Shown here piece after piece: positions 40,809-54,244 of a DNA stretch of 64,000 nucleotides. Position 1 is the stretch's first letter; every line of letters begins with the position of its first letter. The notes under the pieces were generated by a model. It saw only the letters and a list, made by a program, of their open reading frames with translations, did no database searches and was not told the origin of the DNA. The DNA comes from Callorhinchus milii (taxonomy: Eukaryota). Made by a program: the position numbers and the translations under genes. The stretch covers positions 136,278,001-136,342,000 of the forward strand of contig NW_024704742.1 in assembly GCF_018977255.1 (NCBI RefSeq), written 5' to 3'.

Positions 40809-40942
40809 TTTACTAGATCATTGGCCATATCACCTAGGTTCTTCTTGAAACGCAATGCTTGTATGTCCTGAGTTTCTACTTTGGGAGGTAGAAGTCCATG
40901 CAGCCCAAGAATCTGACGTTCTTCCAATGTGAATGCCATGCC
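40809..40942 (-). CDS. ME2: ME2 coding exon 2
   Basis: [32 protein letters not shown]...; 134 nt; AG/GT boundaries. Confidence 0.95.
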
Positions 40943-41520
40943 CTGGAAGCAACAAACTGTAAATTTCACTTTGTCCAAATAAATGCTCCTTTTGTGCCAA
41001 TAACTTCAAAAGATTTCAAAATATGACTTCACAGTAATTCGGTGATTTGTAGTAATGCAAATAGCCAATAGGGTAATGTATTGAAAGGCTCCTCTTTGAA
41101 GAATACAGCAGCAACAAATTACATTCGTATAGCGCCTTTCATGTCGGGAGGACATCCCAAGGTGCTGGACAGTCAAAGATTGGACCCAAGCTGAAGGTTG
41201 GGATCGGGATTGGTGGATGGCCGGAAGGGTAGGGTAGGAAGGTCGATGAGGAGGGTCTTGAAATGGGCCTTGAAGGGGGCAAGGAAGGAGGTGAGGCAAA
41301 GGGACTGAGGGATGAAGTTCCAACGGGTGGGGACAGAGAGGAAGGCTGAAGGCCCGACCGGTGGACAGGATACGAACAAGTTAAAATATACAGCGCACAA
41401 AGCCTTGGAATGGAAAGGTAAAAAAAAATCCAGTTTCAGACACTTTCAACACTATTACCCCTTTCCTCATGGCTAGATATTATAGCTTCCTTTGAGCAGG
41501 TTTTATTTTTCCTCAGTTAC

Positions 41521-41628
41521 CTTGTTTGTTCGGGGACTCAGCATCAATGGTTTGCCCATCTCCTTTAGGTGGATGTATCTGCACGTGGATGCACATGATT
41601 TCACAGCCAATTTTAGTTGCGTCAACAT
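41521..41628 (-). CDS. ME2: ME2 mitochondrial NAD(P)-dependent malic enzyme, first coding exon
   Basis: MLTQLKLAVKSCASTCRYIHLKEMGKPLMLSPRTNK; basic, acid-poor N-terminus typical of a mitochondrial presequence; 108 nt; GT donor. Confidence 0.92.
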
Positions 41629-42771
41629 GTTTGCGACTAAATCTGTTAATGAAAAATGTAATGTCAGTTAACATCTTCAGATATGCTCAAACATCTACAG
41701 GTCTTAACAGACAAATGGTCAAAGCACATTAAACACAAATATTAACAATTTACCATAGTTACTTGCTACAAGAAAGATCTTCAGTTTCCAGGTAGATAGA
41801 ATGATCACCACATCAAGACGTCAATAGTACTCCACAGGTAATTACTGTCAAATGCAGTGATTGTATCCATATGCAACTACAGCAGACAATTGGGCGAAAA
41901 AGACTGGAGAGCTGTTTGCCAGGCAAACTAACCATCTTTTATTAATATTGAAGGCATTTGAGGAATATTTATCATAATAATCCTTACATTTGATAGCGCC
42001 TTTCACGTCAGGACAACTCACTGGCTTCCCAGAATATACTGTGAAGTGTTTCTATATTTTGTAAGCGAACACCTACAAAGGTAGAGCTCCTGAGTTAAGC
42101 TAACATCATGAACAGTGGCTCATTGTGTAACTGGTGTTTTTATTGCATTTAGGTGTTGTTCTAGAAACTGATGAACTGTACTATTTGCCAGAGATCCCCT
42201 GCTCTTTTTGAATAGTGTCATGAGATCTTTGGTATCTACCTGACCAGGCAGACTTTTACTGACTCATCCGACCAGATAACCCAGAGTCCAAGTGCTATTG
42301 CCTAAGCCAAAGAGTTCTCTCTGCTGGAGTCCTATGGAAGCATGAAACATATAATATAAAAGAAGCTTTTTAAAATTATACTTTATAATATTATTAAAAA
42401 TATTATATATTATATTCACAATATAATACAATATAAGCTGTCCGGAGGTAATAATCCCTTCAAAAAAATATAATAACGTGGTCATTCAATCCATGGCTGT
42501 TTGGAGATACTGCTGTGTGAATTGCTGCTGCGTTTCCCCCCCAAAAAAATACAATCAATTCACTTTACAGTATACTCTGTGAAGCGCTTTGAGACACATC
42601 AACACCTGACAAGGAGCTATATCAAATGCAAGGATTATTATTATTAAAATCTGACAGCAGCTTCTGGCGGATTAGAGAGGGAGAGGGAGGGAGGGAGAGA
42701 GGGAGGGAAAGGGCTTCACTTTCTTTATCCTCCCGGGTATCACATCACACACGAACACCAGCCGCTGTTAC

Positions 42772-43350
42772 CTGGCCTGACTGACTGTGAGGGAACGCTT
42801 GCTCTGCCCGAGGGAAAGCAATCCCCCCCCTTCTCTCTCGTCGCCGCCCTCAGGTACTTCCTCGCGCCATCGGACCTGATCGACGCCGCTCTGACTACTC
42901 CTCGCGTGCCGGCGCCCACCAACTGTCACATTCTCCCCGCCCCCCCACCTGACCGCTACGCGCCACCCTATTGGCGCACAGGCCATGATTGACTACTGGA
43001 ATGACCAATCGGAAAACGAACCGGGGTTGGAGGGAGGGGTGGGGTGGGCTGTGATTGAGGGGTGACGCTGATTGACGGCTGCATTGGCCAATCCATCGCC
43101 GCCTCTCGTTGGGACTAGAAACCAACCAATGAAGTAGATGCAACACGTACGAGGGCGCGTTGACGGACGCACACGTGACCCGCCCCTCCAGACGAGAACC
43201 AATAGTCGAATGAAAGAGCGAGCAAGAGGGCGGGGCAGACAGTGATTGACGTAGCAATTGGCCAATCGTTTACGGATGCCTCTCTGGGCTGAGCCAATGG
43301 AGCGAGAGGAAAGGCGCGGTGGAGGCGGGGGAAGCGGCGCTGATTGACAG
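42772..43350 (-). promoter_or_regulatory. Putative ME2 CpG-rich promoter and non-coding first exon (copy A)
   Basis: CpG-rich; about 8 CCAAT/ATTGG boxes, a CACGTG E-box and GC boxes; CAG|GTAACA donor at 42772/42771 facing the ME2 first coding exon. Confidence 0.65.
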
Positions 43351-43416
43351 AGACTGGACTGGCCCGGTTGCTATGGCCAAATTCTGGTTGCTATGGACAT
43401 GTTGGCAGGAAGGAGA

Positions 43417-43950
43417 ACAACAACAACAACAACAGCAGCAGCAAAATTATTCGTGTAAAGCGCCTTTCAGGTCCGGAGGGAGTCCGGAGGCGCTGGACAG
43501 ACAGCGTTACGGACCCGAGCCGGGGGTGGGGGGGGAGGGGGGGAGGGGGGAAGCGGGGAGATCGCAAGAGGGGTCGAAGAGGAGGGTCTTGAGATGGGTC
43601 TTGAAGGTGGTGAGGGAGGGGGCGAGGCGGAGGGACTGCGGGATGCAGTTCCAGAGGGTGGGGGCGGAGTGGCGGAAGGCCCGCCCGCCATTGGTGGGGC
43701 GAGCGAAGCGGGGGGACGTGAAGCAGAGCGGAGGGAGCGAGCAGGATGGTAGGGGGTTAGGAGTCCGAGAGGTAGGGGGGAGCAAGACCATGGAGGGCTG
43801 AAGGTGAGGACCAGGATCTTGAATTCTGTCAGCACAGCAGTGGTCCTGGAGTCAAGGGTTGTAGACAGAAAGGTACAGTTGGGTGTCATCGCATACATGT
43901 GGAAGTTGACCCCATGTCTGCGGATGATGTCACAAGAGGGAGCATATAGA
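43417..43950 (-). mobile_element. L2 fragment inside the duplication (second copy at about 48999-49540)
   Basis: GGRAFRHSAPTLWN...FKTHLKTLLF; tail (TTG/CTG)n. Confidence 0.8.
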
Positions 43951-45289
43951 TGTCCCCCAAATCCTCCGCTCCACCATCGCCGTGCCTTCAGCCACCTGAA
44001 GTGATCCAGGTTTGGTTAGAGCACTCTCGAGACCTGGGTTCAATTCCTGGCAGGATGGAACTTTCCTTGCTCCACACGCCTGATAATAATTCCACCTGGC
44101 AATCTTCCAAGTAACAGACATCTGACATTTAACGTAGAATAATGATTCACTTTAACAAAGTGCTTAGTATCTTGGTGACTCATTCAGTCAGCCTATTCCT
44201 GAAAAACATCTCAACTTTAACCACAATACTCACGAGTCTATATAACGGGATTCTCTACGACCTTCTGGCATTATCAGTGAATGTTACACCTGCTTTAAGA
44301 AATTTTAATTTAAGGGAAAAGTCATTACATCCATCAAAGCTGCTCCTCCCACATAGAATAAGGTGACACAACACCTATTAAATGCCTCTGTCGCTCTTTC
44401 CCTTGAGAAAAATCTCTGAATAGATCCTGTACTTCCTAATACCCCAAAAGCAATCAAGCAAACCTTCAGAATCTCCATTATCCCGCTTTTAAAGGATGAC
44501 CTCAGCCTGGGGTGATTTGCTAGCAGAAAATAGACCAAGGTTCATCAAGTTCACCTTCTACCATCCAGGCAGGCACATGCTACAATAATGGAGATGTTGA
44601 TAGCAATTAATTCTGTACGGATTACTCTACAACAGAGTGGAAAGCTTTTGGAACCGTAGATCCAAAGTTGCCTGGTTTCTTCCAAGCATACTAGGAACAT
44701 AGGAACATAGGCCATTGAGCCCCTCGAGCCTGTTCTTCCATTCTATAAGATCATGGCTGATCTGTACCTCTCAACCCGCCCTTGCACCATATCCCTTGAT
44801 ATCCTTACCTAAGAAACAAATCTACTGCACTTACGATATGTCATGTCTCAAATTACTCAGATACTATTTTCTAAATCTGTAATTTTTTTACAGATGTTTG
44901 TTACACATCACTGGGCATAAATTGGATTCCGTGTTTACCCACAAATACACAGTCACAACACTTTATTTTAAAAATCCTGTCACACGCTCTGATCACACGT
45001 CCCATCATGTGTGACTGGTGCTATACAAATACTAGTTGTTGTTGATCAAAAGCACATTGTCAATTTCAAGGATTAATTTGTCTACACTCACTACACTTGG
45101 CAACGATTCCTGATGAAGCACTTTGGGATGCTTCAAATGCAGGACGCTTCAAATGCAAATGCAAGGTAATAGTAAATATCATAATAATCCTTGCATTATG
45201 ATAAGATATAACATCCTATCATGTCTTCGAGACGTCTCAAAGCGCTTCACAGGATATACTGTAAACTGAATTGACTGTTTCCCCTGGTT

Positions 45290-45610
45290 GGATAAACTAA
45301 AACCAGGGGTGACAACCTTAAAATCAGAGGCCAGCCCTTTCACATTGCATTGAGGAAGAACTTCTTCACTCAAAGGATGGTGAATGTATGGAACTCGCTA
45401 CCCCAAAGGGCTGTTGACGCTCAGTGCTTGAACATATTCAAGACTGAGATAGATAGATTTCTTATTGCAAAAGGGATTAAGGGATATGGGGATAAATCAG
45501 GGTCAGGTTATTAGCTGGAGTTAGATTAGAAGATCAGCCACGATTGAATGGCGGGGCAGGCTCGAAGGGCCGAATGGCCTACTCCTGCTCCTACATGTTA
45601 TGTTATGTAC
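45290..45610 (+). mobile_element. CR1-like LINE 3' end (second copy at about 50870-51200; related pieces at about 11700-11945 and 32305-32540)
   Basis: AAGAACTTCTTCACTCAAAGG..TGGAAC (FFxxRxxxxWN motif) and a 3' UTR ending GGCCGAATGGCCTACTCCTGCTCC with a short-repeat tail. Confidence 0.75.
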
Positions 45611-48222
45611 ATGTTATGTAGCTCAGTGGTTAGAGCACTCGCTTTGCAAGTGAGAGACCTGAGTTCAATTCCAGGCAGAGGGCGAAACCTTGGGCAAGTT
45701 TCCTTACTCACACAGAGCCTAACTCTTTTTGAAAAGTTCCACGGCATCTTTAACATCCACTGAACAGGCAGTCAGGACCTCGCAGGACCACACCTCCGAC
45801 AATGCAGCATACTAACAAAATTGGAGTGTGATCTTAACAAAATACATTTCAAGTCCCAAAGTGGAGCTTGAACCCACAATTTTACAACCCAAAGGCTAGA
45901 GTGCTACCAACTGAGCCACTAAGTATTCCAACAAAATATAATACCAGCAATTCCATGAACTGCAAAAAAGAATATTTTCTCTGAAATTAAAATGTGCATG
46001 ACATACCAAAACTGCACAGTTTACCCAGTTTTCCTTCAGAGAATGTGGGTTCCCCTCCCTCTTTAAGTGGTTACTTCCATCAGCGTAATGCTGGTTAGTT
46101 TACGTGCACAAAGGCTCCTTTTAGCCAATGCTACTTGTGACTATGGTTCTATCAAAGAAAACCACAAACAGAATGCAGAACAGAATCTCTAACAGACAGC
46201 ACAATCATTGAATTTGTCATCGAACTTCCCTTTTTTGAATAACAGATGGGAGATAAAATATCAGTTGGATTTCAAAACAGCAATGAAATAAAATCACTGC
46301 GATTAAATAATTTGCAATAAAAACAGTTTAGGTATACCCATCCTTATATTTAGAATATATTTCTGACTTGTATTACGCTAGTAACAGCTCCGGGGCACTA
46401 CCCCGCATGAAGGGCGCTACATAAATACAAGTTGTTTTAGTACAGCTAAAGAAAACTAATCCAACACTGCAATTAAAAGCTCCAAATCCATTCCTCATGG
46501 TGACCACGAGTACAGTCAAAGAGGAAACTCTTCAGTCATGATACAAAGGAGAAGGCGTAGGCAAGACAGAAGGATTGAGAGAGAGAGAGAGTGCATTTGA
46601 CAGGGAGCACGTGTGCCCATATTAGAGAGACGATTTTCTTTTGATAGGCTATTGGGATAGTTGAAAGTCATGGTTCTTTAAGTATTGTAATGAAAACGTC
46701 CTGCATTTGGCAAAGCGCCTTTCACTTCAGAAGGACGTCCCAAAATGCATCACAGGATATAATGACTGGGTGTTTTGTGATCGAGCGAAGCAGCAATAGG
46801 AAGCGTGTCTGCACTCACTGATTTTTCCGGCTGCATCAGTCAATTGCAGATTTATTTAAGAACAGACACAGATGACACCGAGGGATCTGAAAACTAAAGA
46901 CCAACCGAGGGCATCAATCAACAAGGAAAATGCATTGATTAGCAACTTGCAATAACACCTCATTTACACAGCTGGTTATGAAAGAATACAGGGCAGGACA
47001 GTTCGGCAACTTTTCAAAATGAAAGCATATATTGCGGTTTGGAATTATAGTAAACATTTAACCAAACGGATTAACAAATCCTATTTATTTTTTTAAAAAA
47101 TGTATTACAGTAACTTGTGAATAATGTTTGAATTTTTTGATACTCAGCAAATGATACAGAGCCTTACCATGACGCTGAGATGTCTCGTAGCCCTTCATGG
47201 AATATACCACAAAGTGAAATGACTGTATTTGTTGGCAAAACGCCAACGTTTCAGAGGGAGTCAGTGCAGTCTGGAGAGGATTGGAGTAATGGGCGTGCGG
47301 GGTTTAGAGTGAGTAAATGGGGAGTAAAGTTTCGAATTTGTTTTTTTTAAGCGCAGTGGAGTCAGGGAGACCTGCAGGAGTGCATTGGAATAATCGAGGC
47401 GTGAGGGGACCAAAGCCTGGTGGAGGGTTTCAGACGGGGTTGGGTTAAGGGCCAGGATAACACTTGCAGATGCCACTGAGCATCCCAAAGGTTGCTACGG
47501 AAGCGGTGGCAGGAGTTAAGTTAAATTGAATTCCATCCCGCTACCTTCATCCGCGTCTCTATCATCGTACTCGTCTCTATGAGCGTATTAGTCGGAGCGC
47601 TCGCTGAAACGCCGGGCAAGTTTTCCTCACTCTACGCGCCTGTGTTTGCCTCGCAAGAAATAAGAACCCGGCAGTTAGCCGACCGGCGGGTTGCTTTACC
47701 GGGGTGGGTGGTAAAAGTCCGTGACTATTTGCGGGACGCCCGCTGCGTTTCGCCCGCGAACCGCACAGCCGTTCCGCTTTCCGTGGCATCCGGCGACGCG
47801 CTTTCGGGGCGCCGCCGCAGGGCAAACGCAAGGGCGGGGGGGGGAGGAGGGGGGGGGGGGTTTGGTTCTCGCCTCAATTTTAATCGCCTCAAATGATTTC
47901 CGACCGCCGCCGGTGCGATTCAAGGAGAGAAAAGGAAAGAAACACACACGAAAGGGGGAAGAGGGAAGCAAGTTCGGGGTTCGCAAAGAGACACGAGAGA
48001 GTGAGAGAGAGGAGAGAGAGAGAGAGAGTGAGAGAGAGAGAGAGTGAGAGAGAGAGAGCATTTCCTTATACAGACGAATCACGTCCCTCGACAAACTAAT
48101 CTAATAATAATAATATTAAACTGATATACTCCGTGAAGCGCTTTGAGGCGTCTCGAAGACCTGATCGGGCGCTACATCAAATGCGAGGGTTATTATCGGT
48201 GTTGTTGTTTTACTATGAACTA

Positions 48223-51200
48223 TAAAATCTGACAGCAGCTTCTGGCGGATTAGAGAGGGAGAGGGAGGGAGGGAGAGAGGGAGGGAAAGGGCTTCACTTT
48301 CTTTATCCTCCCGGGTATCACATCACACACGAACACCAGCCGCTGTTACCTGGCCTGACTGACTGTGAGGGAACGCTTGCTCTGCCCGAGGGAAAGCAAT
48401 CCCCCCCCTTCTCTCTCGTCGCCGCCCTCAGGTACTTCCTCGCGCCATCGGACCTGATCGACGCCGCTCTGACTACTCCTCGCGTGCCGGCGCCCACCAA
48501 CTGTCACATTCTCCCCGCCCCCCTCCCCACCTGACCGCTACGCGCCACCCTATTGGCGCACAGGCCATGATTGACTACTGGAATGACCAATCGAAAAACG
48601 AACCGGGGTTGGAGGGCGGGGTGGGGTGGGCTGTGATTGAGGGGTGACGCTGATTGACGGCTGCATTGGCCAATCCATCGCCGCCTCTCGTTGGGACTAG
48701 AAACCAACCAATGAAGTAGATGCAACACGTACGAGGGCGCGTTGACGGACGCACACGTGACCCGCCCCTCCAGACGAGAACCAATAGTCGAATGAAAGAG
48801 CGAGCAAGAGGGCGGGGCAGACAGTGATTGACGTAGCAATTGGCCAATCGTTTACGGATGCCTCTCTGGGCTGAGCCAATGGAGCGAGAGGAAAGGCGCG
48901 GTGGAGGCGGGGGAAGCGGCGCTGATTGACAGAGACATGGACTGGCCCGGTTGCTATGGCCAAATTCTGGTTGCTATGGACATGTTGGCAGGAAGGAGAA
49001 CAACAACAACAATAACAGCAGCAGCAAAATTATTCGTGTAAAGCGCCTTTCAGGTCCGGAGGGAGTCCGGAGGCGCTGGACAGACAGCGTTACGGACCCG
49101 AGCCGGGGGTGGGGGGGGGAGGGGGGGAGGGGGGAAGCGGGGAGATCGCAAGAGGGGGTCGAAGAGGAGGGTCTTGAGATGGGTCTTGAAGGTGGTGAGG
49201 GAGGGGGCGAGGCGGAGGGACTGCGGGATGCAGTTCCAGAGGGTGGGGGCGGAGTGGCGGAAGGCCCGCCCGCCATTGGTGGGGCGAGCGAAGCGGGGGG
49301 ACGTGAAGCAGAGCGGAGGGAGCGAGCAGGATGGTAGGGGGTTAGGAGGTCCGAGAGGTAGGGGGGAGCAAGACCATGGAGGGCTGAAGGTGAGGACCAG
49401 GATCTTGAATTCTGTCAGCACAGCAGTGGTCCTGGAGTCAAGGGTTGTAGACAGAAAGGTACAGTTGGGTGTCATCCGCATACATGTGGAAGTTGACCCC
49501 ATGTCTGCGGATGATGTCATCAAGAGGGAGCATATAGATGTCCCCCAAATCCTCCGCTCCACCATCGCCGTGCCTTCAGCCACCTGAAGTGATCCAGGTT
49601 TGGTTAGAGCACTCTCGAGACCTGGGTTCAATTCCTGGCAGGATGGAACTTTCCTTGCTCCACACGCCTGATAATAATTCCACCTGGCAATCTTCCAAGT
49701 AACAGACATCTGACATTTAACGTAGAATAATGATTCACTTTAACAAAGTGCTTAGTATCTTGGTGACTCATTCAGTCAGCCTATTCCTGAAAAACATCTC
49801 AACTTTAACCACAATACTCACGAGTCTATATAACGGGATTCTCTACGACCTTCTGGCATTATCAGTGAATGTTACACCTGCTTTAAGAAATTTTAATTTA
49901 AGGGAAAAGTCATTACATCCATCAAAGCTGCTCCTCCCACATAGAATAAGGTGACACAACACCTATTAAATGCCTCTGTCGCTCTTTCCCTTGAGAAAAA
50001 TCTCTGAATAGATCCTGTACTTCCTAATACCCCAAAAGCAATCAAGCAAACCTTCAGAATCTCCATTATCCCAGCTTTTAAAGGATGACCTCAGCCTGGG
50101 GTGATTTGCTAGCAGAAAATAGACCAAGGTTCATCAAGTTCACCTTCTACCATCCAGGCAGGCACATGCTACAATAATGGAGATGTTGATAGCAATTAAT
50201 TCTGTACGGATTACTCTACAACAGAGTGGAAAGCTTTTGGAACCGTAGATCCAAAGTTGCCTGGTTTCTTCCAAGCATACTAGGAACATAGGAACATAGG
50301 CCATTGAGCCCCTCGAGCCTGTTCTTCCATTCTATAAGATCATGGCTGATCTGTACCTCTCAACCCGCCCTTGCACCATATCCCTTGATATCCTTACCTA
50401 AGAAACAAATCTACTGCACTTACGATATGTCATGTCTCAAATTACTCAGATACTATTTTCTAAATCTGTAATTTTTTTACAGATGTTTGTTACACATCAC
50501 TGGGCATAAATTGGATTCCGTGTTTACCCACAAATACACAGTCACAACACTTTATTTTAAAAATCCTGTCACACGCTCTGATCACACGTCCCATCATGTG
50601 TGACTGGTGCTATACAAATACTAGTTGTTGTTGATCAAAAGCACATTGTTAATTTCAAGGATTAATTTGTCTACACTCACTACACTTGGCAACGATTCCT
50701 GATGAAGCACTTTGGGATGCTTCAAATGCAGGACGCTTCAAATGCAAATGCAAGGTAATAGTAAATATCATAATAATCCTTGCATTATGATAAGATATAA
50801 CATCCTATCATGTCTTCGAGACGTCTCAAAGCGCTTCACAGGATATACTGTAAACTGAATTGACTGTTTCCCCTGGTTGGATAAACTAAAACCAGGGGTG
50901 ACAACCTTAAAATCAGAGGCAGCCCTTTCACATTGCGTTGAGGAAGAACTTCTTCACTCAAAGGATGGTGAATGTATGGAACTCGCTACCCCAAAGGGCT
51001 GTTGACGCTCAGTGCTTGAACATATTCAAGACTGAGATAGATAGATTTCTTATTGCAAAAGGGATTAAGGGATATGGGGATAAATCAGGGTCAGGTTATT
51101 AGCTGGAGTTAGATTAGAAGATCAGCCACGATTGAATGGCGGGGCAGGCTCGAAGGGCCGAATGGCCTACTCCTGCTCCTACATGTTATGTTATGTACAT

Positions 51201-51311
51201 GTTATGTAGCTCAGTGGTTAGAGCACTCGCTTTGCAAGTGAGAGACCTGAGTTCAATTCCAGGCAGAGGGCGAAACCTTGGGCAAGTTTCCTTACTCCAC
51301 ACAGAGCCTAA
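48223..51311. repeat. Segmental direct repeat, copy B (about 3.09 kb)
   Basis: Matches 42645-45722. Confidence 0.97.
48350..48930 (-). promoter_or_regulatory. Putative ME2 CpG-rich promoter and non-coding first exon (copy B)
   Basis: Near-identical to copy A; donor at 48350/48349; CpG-rich sequence continues leftward to about 47500. Confidence 0.65.
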
Positions 51312-51522
51312 TAATAATCCCTCCAAAAAAACAAAACAATAATAAATTGGTCATTTTCAATCTACGACTGTTTGTGGGACATTGCTGTGCGCAATTGGCT
51401 GCCGCGTTCGCCCACAAATATACAGTCAATTCACTTTACAGTGTGTTCTGTGAAGCGCCTTGGGACGTCCTCCTGACGTGAAAAGCGCTATATCAAATGC
51501 AAGGATTATTATTATTATTATT
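51205..51522 (+). mobile_element. Young SINE (spans the right end of duplication copy B)
   Basis: Near-consensus copy; its counterpart in copy A is cut off at 45722. Confidence 0.92.
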
Positions 51523-53159
51523 ATATTTGTGGGCGAAATATTCTACAGTACAGCTAGCATTAGTGCAAGTAACATTCTTTTTGTGCACCCAGTATAGTAA
51601 ATACAAGTAGAAAATGTTGAACAAAAGGCAAGTGCAGTGCACTCCAATTGAACAACAAAGCATAATCACATTAAAATTACCACCAGGAGATAATTCTGAA
51701 AACAAACCGACTTTTAATCTGGAGTTATTTACATCTACAATGCGTAATATTTCCAACAAAAGGAATAACATAGCAATTATGGTTTTAAAAAATAAAACAC
51801 CAAAAGCACTTGTTTCCATTTCAGACATTCCCGAGATACCTCGATGTACTCTCTTTATAAAAAAAACGCACGTTGGAAATTATGTATTGTCTAAGGATTA
51901 CAGTATTGTGCAAGACATTCATTTCTGTCACTATTTGCAAGTACAGATTTTGTTAATACAGTGCATTATCATGAGTCGATTTCAACTAAGGAGCAACAGT
52001 ACCCATTCCCACTTCCTCTTCGCTCCATGGCCCCCCGACGTTCACAGTAAAGTATAATGAAACCCTCTGTGTCCACTTTGAGGCAGATCCAATGAGCTGC
52101 CAACCTCCCTCCCCACACGACTAGGTTGTTTCAAAGGGTGGTGAAAACGCCCAATCCCTATCCCATTTTGCTAGCCACGATTTGAGGCTCAAAATCCAAC
52201 CCACTCTTAACCCGCGAGACAACCTTGTCTTAACATTATAAGTTGGCGCTAAATTATGCAGAATTTTTGCGCAGACTAAGGCAAGGTGGAAGGAATCTCC
52301 TGCCTCTGAATCGTAACTGCCATTTGCTTGGGACAAATGGTCCCCAACTCTTTGTCGGCTCTTCTTCTTTTCTCAACACCATTCTCCCACACAGAGTCAC
52401 TCCACTTTGCAGCGTTCCCTGCGAAGTGCTCCAGGACGTCCTCCTGACGCGAACCAATTGTAAGGGTTATTAAAAAACTTTTTTTTACATAAAGGAGGCC
52501 TCCATGTTTAACCAGAGAGGGAGAAAGTAATAACTTGGAAGAGCTAACAGCGTAATTATAAGGCACAGCTATGGTCACACGTCCCTTCTTGCTAGACATC
52601 AGTGTGAGGGGTTTGTTGGAGCTTGCTGGATTGAGGGTTGAGGATTTGGGTAGAATTATGGTTTATTATTCGCCAAACTGCTTGCCCTGTTATTAGTAGA
52701 GTTCTCACCCGTACCAAACTCTGCATGTCCATCATTCCAATCCCTCGCCAGGCACGCCATGACTCCAAAACGATCGATTCCAAGATCCTTACTCTCACAC
52801 ACAAATTCCTTCACATCCAAGCACCTCCCTACCTCTCTCTGATCTGCTCGTACACCACTCGCCCAACCCTTTTCGCTCAGCTAATACAGTGCCCTATACA
52901 CGATCATTCGTGGCGGAACCACCAATTGTTATTGTTTTTAGTGATTGGGTTTAGTGAATACTGTTGCATTGGATAAGTTGGGAGTTACTGTCGCAGGATT
53001 CACATTGAACTGTAATACACAAAGCGGTCATTAGGTGGCAGCACCACACTGCCCATTCTGAATATGATACACTACCTCAAGCCAAGTCCCTGATCTCAAT
53101 CTGAGTGGAAAAATATTTCTGGGTCACAATTTTGCTCTTCCCCCCAACCTCAACTTATA

Positions 53160-53482
53160 TAATAATAATAATAATAATAATAATGCTTGCATTTGATATA
53201 GCGCTTTTCACGTCGGGAGGACGTCCCAAAGCGCTTCACAGAACACACTGTAAAGTGAATTGACTGTATATTTGTGGGCAAACGCGGCAGCCAATTGCGC
53301 ACAGCAATGTCCCACAAACAGTCGTAGATTGAAAATGACCAATTTATTATTGTTTTTGGTTTTTGGAGGGATTATTATTAGGCTCTGTGTGGAATAAGGA
53401 AACTTGCCCGAGGTTTCGCCCTCTGCCTGGAATTGAACTCTGGTCTCTCGTTTGCAAAGCGAGTGTTCTAACCACTGAGCTA
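53160..53482 (-). mobile_element. Young SINE
   Basis: Near-consensus reverse-complement copy. Confidence 0.92.
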
Positions 53483-54244
53483 TCGCGCCCCTCAGGGGCA
53501 TCCTAGAATGTTTGATGGTGGTGGAGCACGATAAGGCGGGGGGGGAGGTGACCATAGGGACGGTTGAAGAGAAAGGACATCGACGGGACCTGAAGATGGG
53601 GAAGGAGTGGGGCAAGGCAGAGGGATAGAGGAAGAGTGTTCCAGAGTTTCGGGATAACCCGCCCCCTCCCTCCCGAATCTGCAGATCCAGCCCACAAAAA
53701 AAACCTATTAAGCACTGAGTTAGAACATACTCCAAGAGTGGAGGTGGGGGGGGGGAGAGCTACAATAGGAAAAAGTGACTGGTTCAAAAACAATATGGCA
53801 GTGTGCAAGCTGAGAGCTGGTGGAGGCATTGCCACCTCGTGGCAGTTTGCTGCCTCGCACCATGTGTCGTCTGAATCTCACTTGTAACCAGTGCCGAGCA
53901 AGTGAGCAATGTGCACAATAAACCTCACATAACAACAACTTGCACTTCTATATCGCTCTCCGCCCAGGGTAGCATCTCAGAGCGCTTAACATTTGCGGAG
54001 CCTGGGGGGGTGGGAGGTGGCCGTAAGCATGGTTGAAGAGGAAGGTTTTCAGGCGGGACTTGAAAAAGGGGAGAGCGCGGACAAGGCGGAGGGATTAAGG
54101 GAGAGTGTGCCACAGTTTTGGGGAGTAGTGGCTGAAAGCGCAACTTCCGATGGTGGGGCGGAGGGTACCAGTTGAGCGGAAGTGCCGGGTGGTGGATTGG
54201 GTAGTGAGGAGGTCGGAGAGGTAGGCAGGTGCAGGGATTTAAAG

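Larger units (their letters stand above)
42645..45722. repeat. Segmental direct repeat, copy A (about 3.08 kb)
   Basis: Matches 48223-51311 along its whole length, with only scattered substitutions and small indels. Confidence 0.97.

Noticed and set aside
42740..43297. ORFs in the duplicated CpG region (and 47577-48963)
   Set aside because: They show no homology to proteins I recognise, are expected in GC-rich DNA, and their frames differ between the two copies.
51614..52057. 147-aa + strand ORF and overlapping 111-aa - strand ORF
   Set aside because: No recognisable domain, splice context or coding-like composition.
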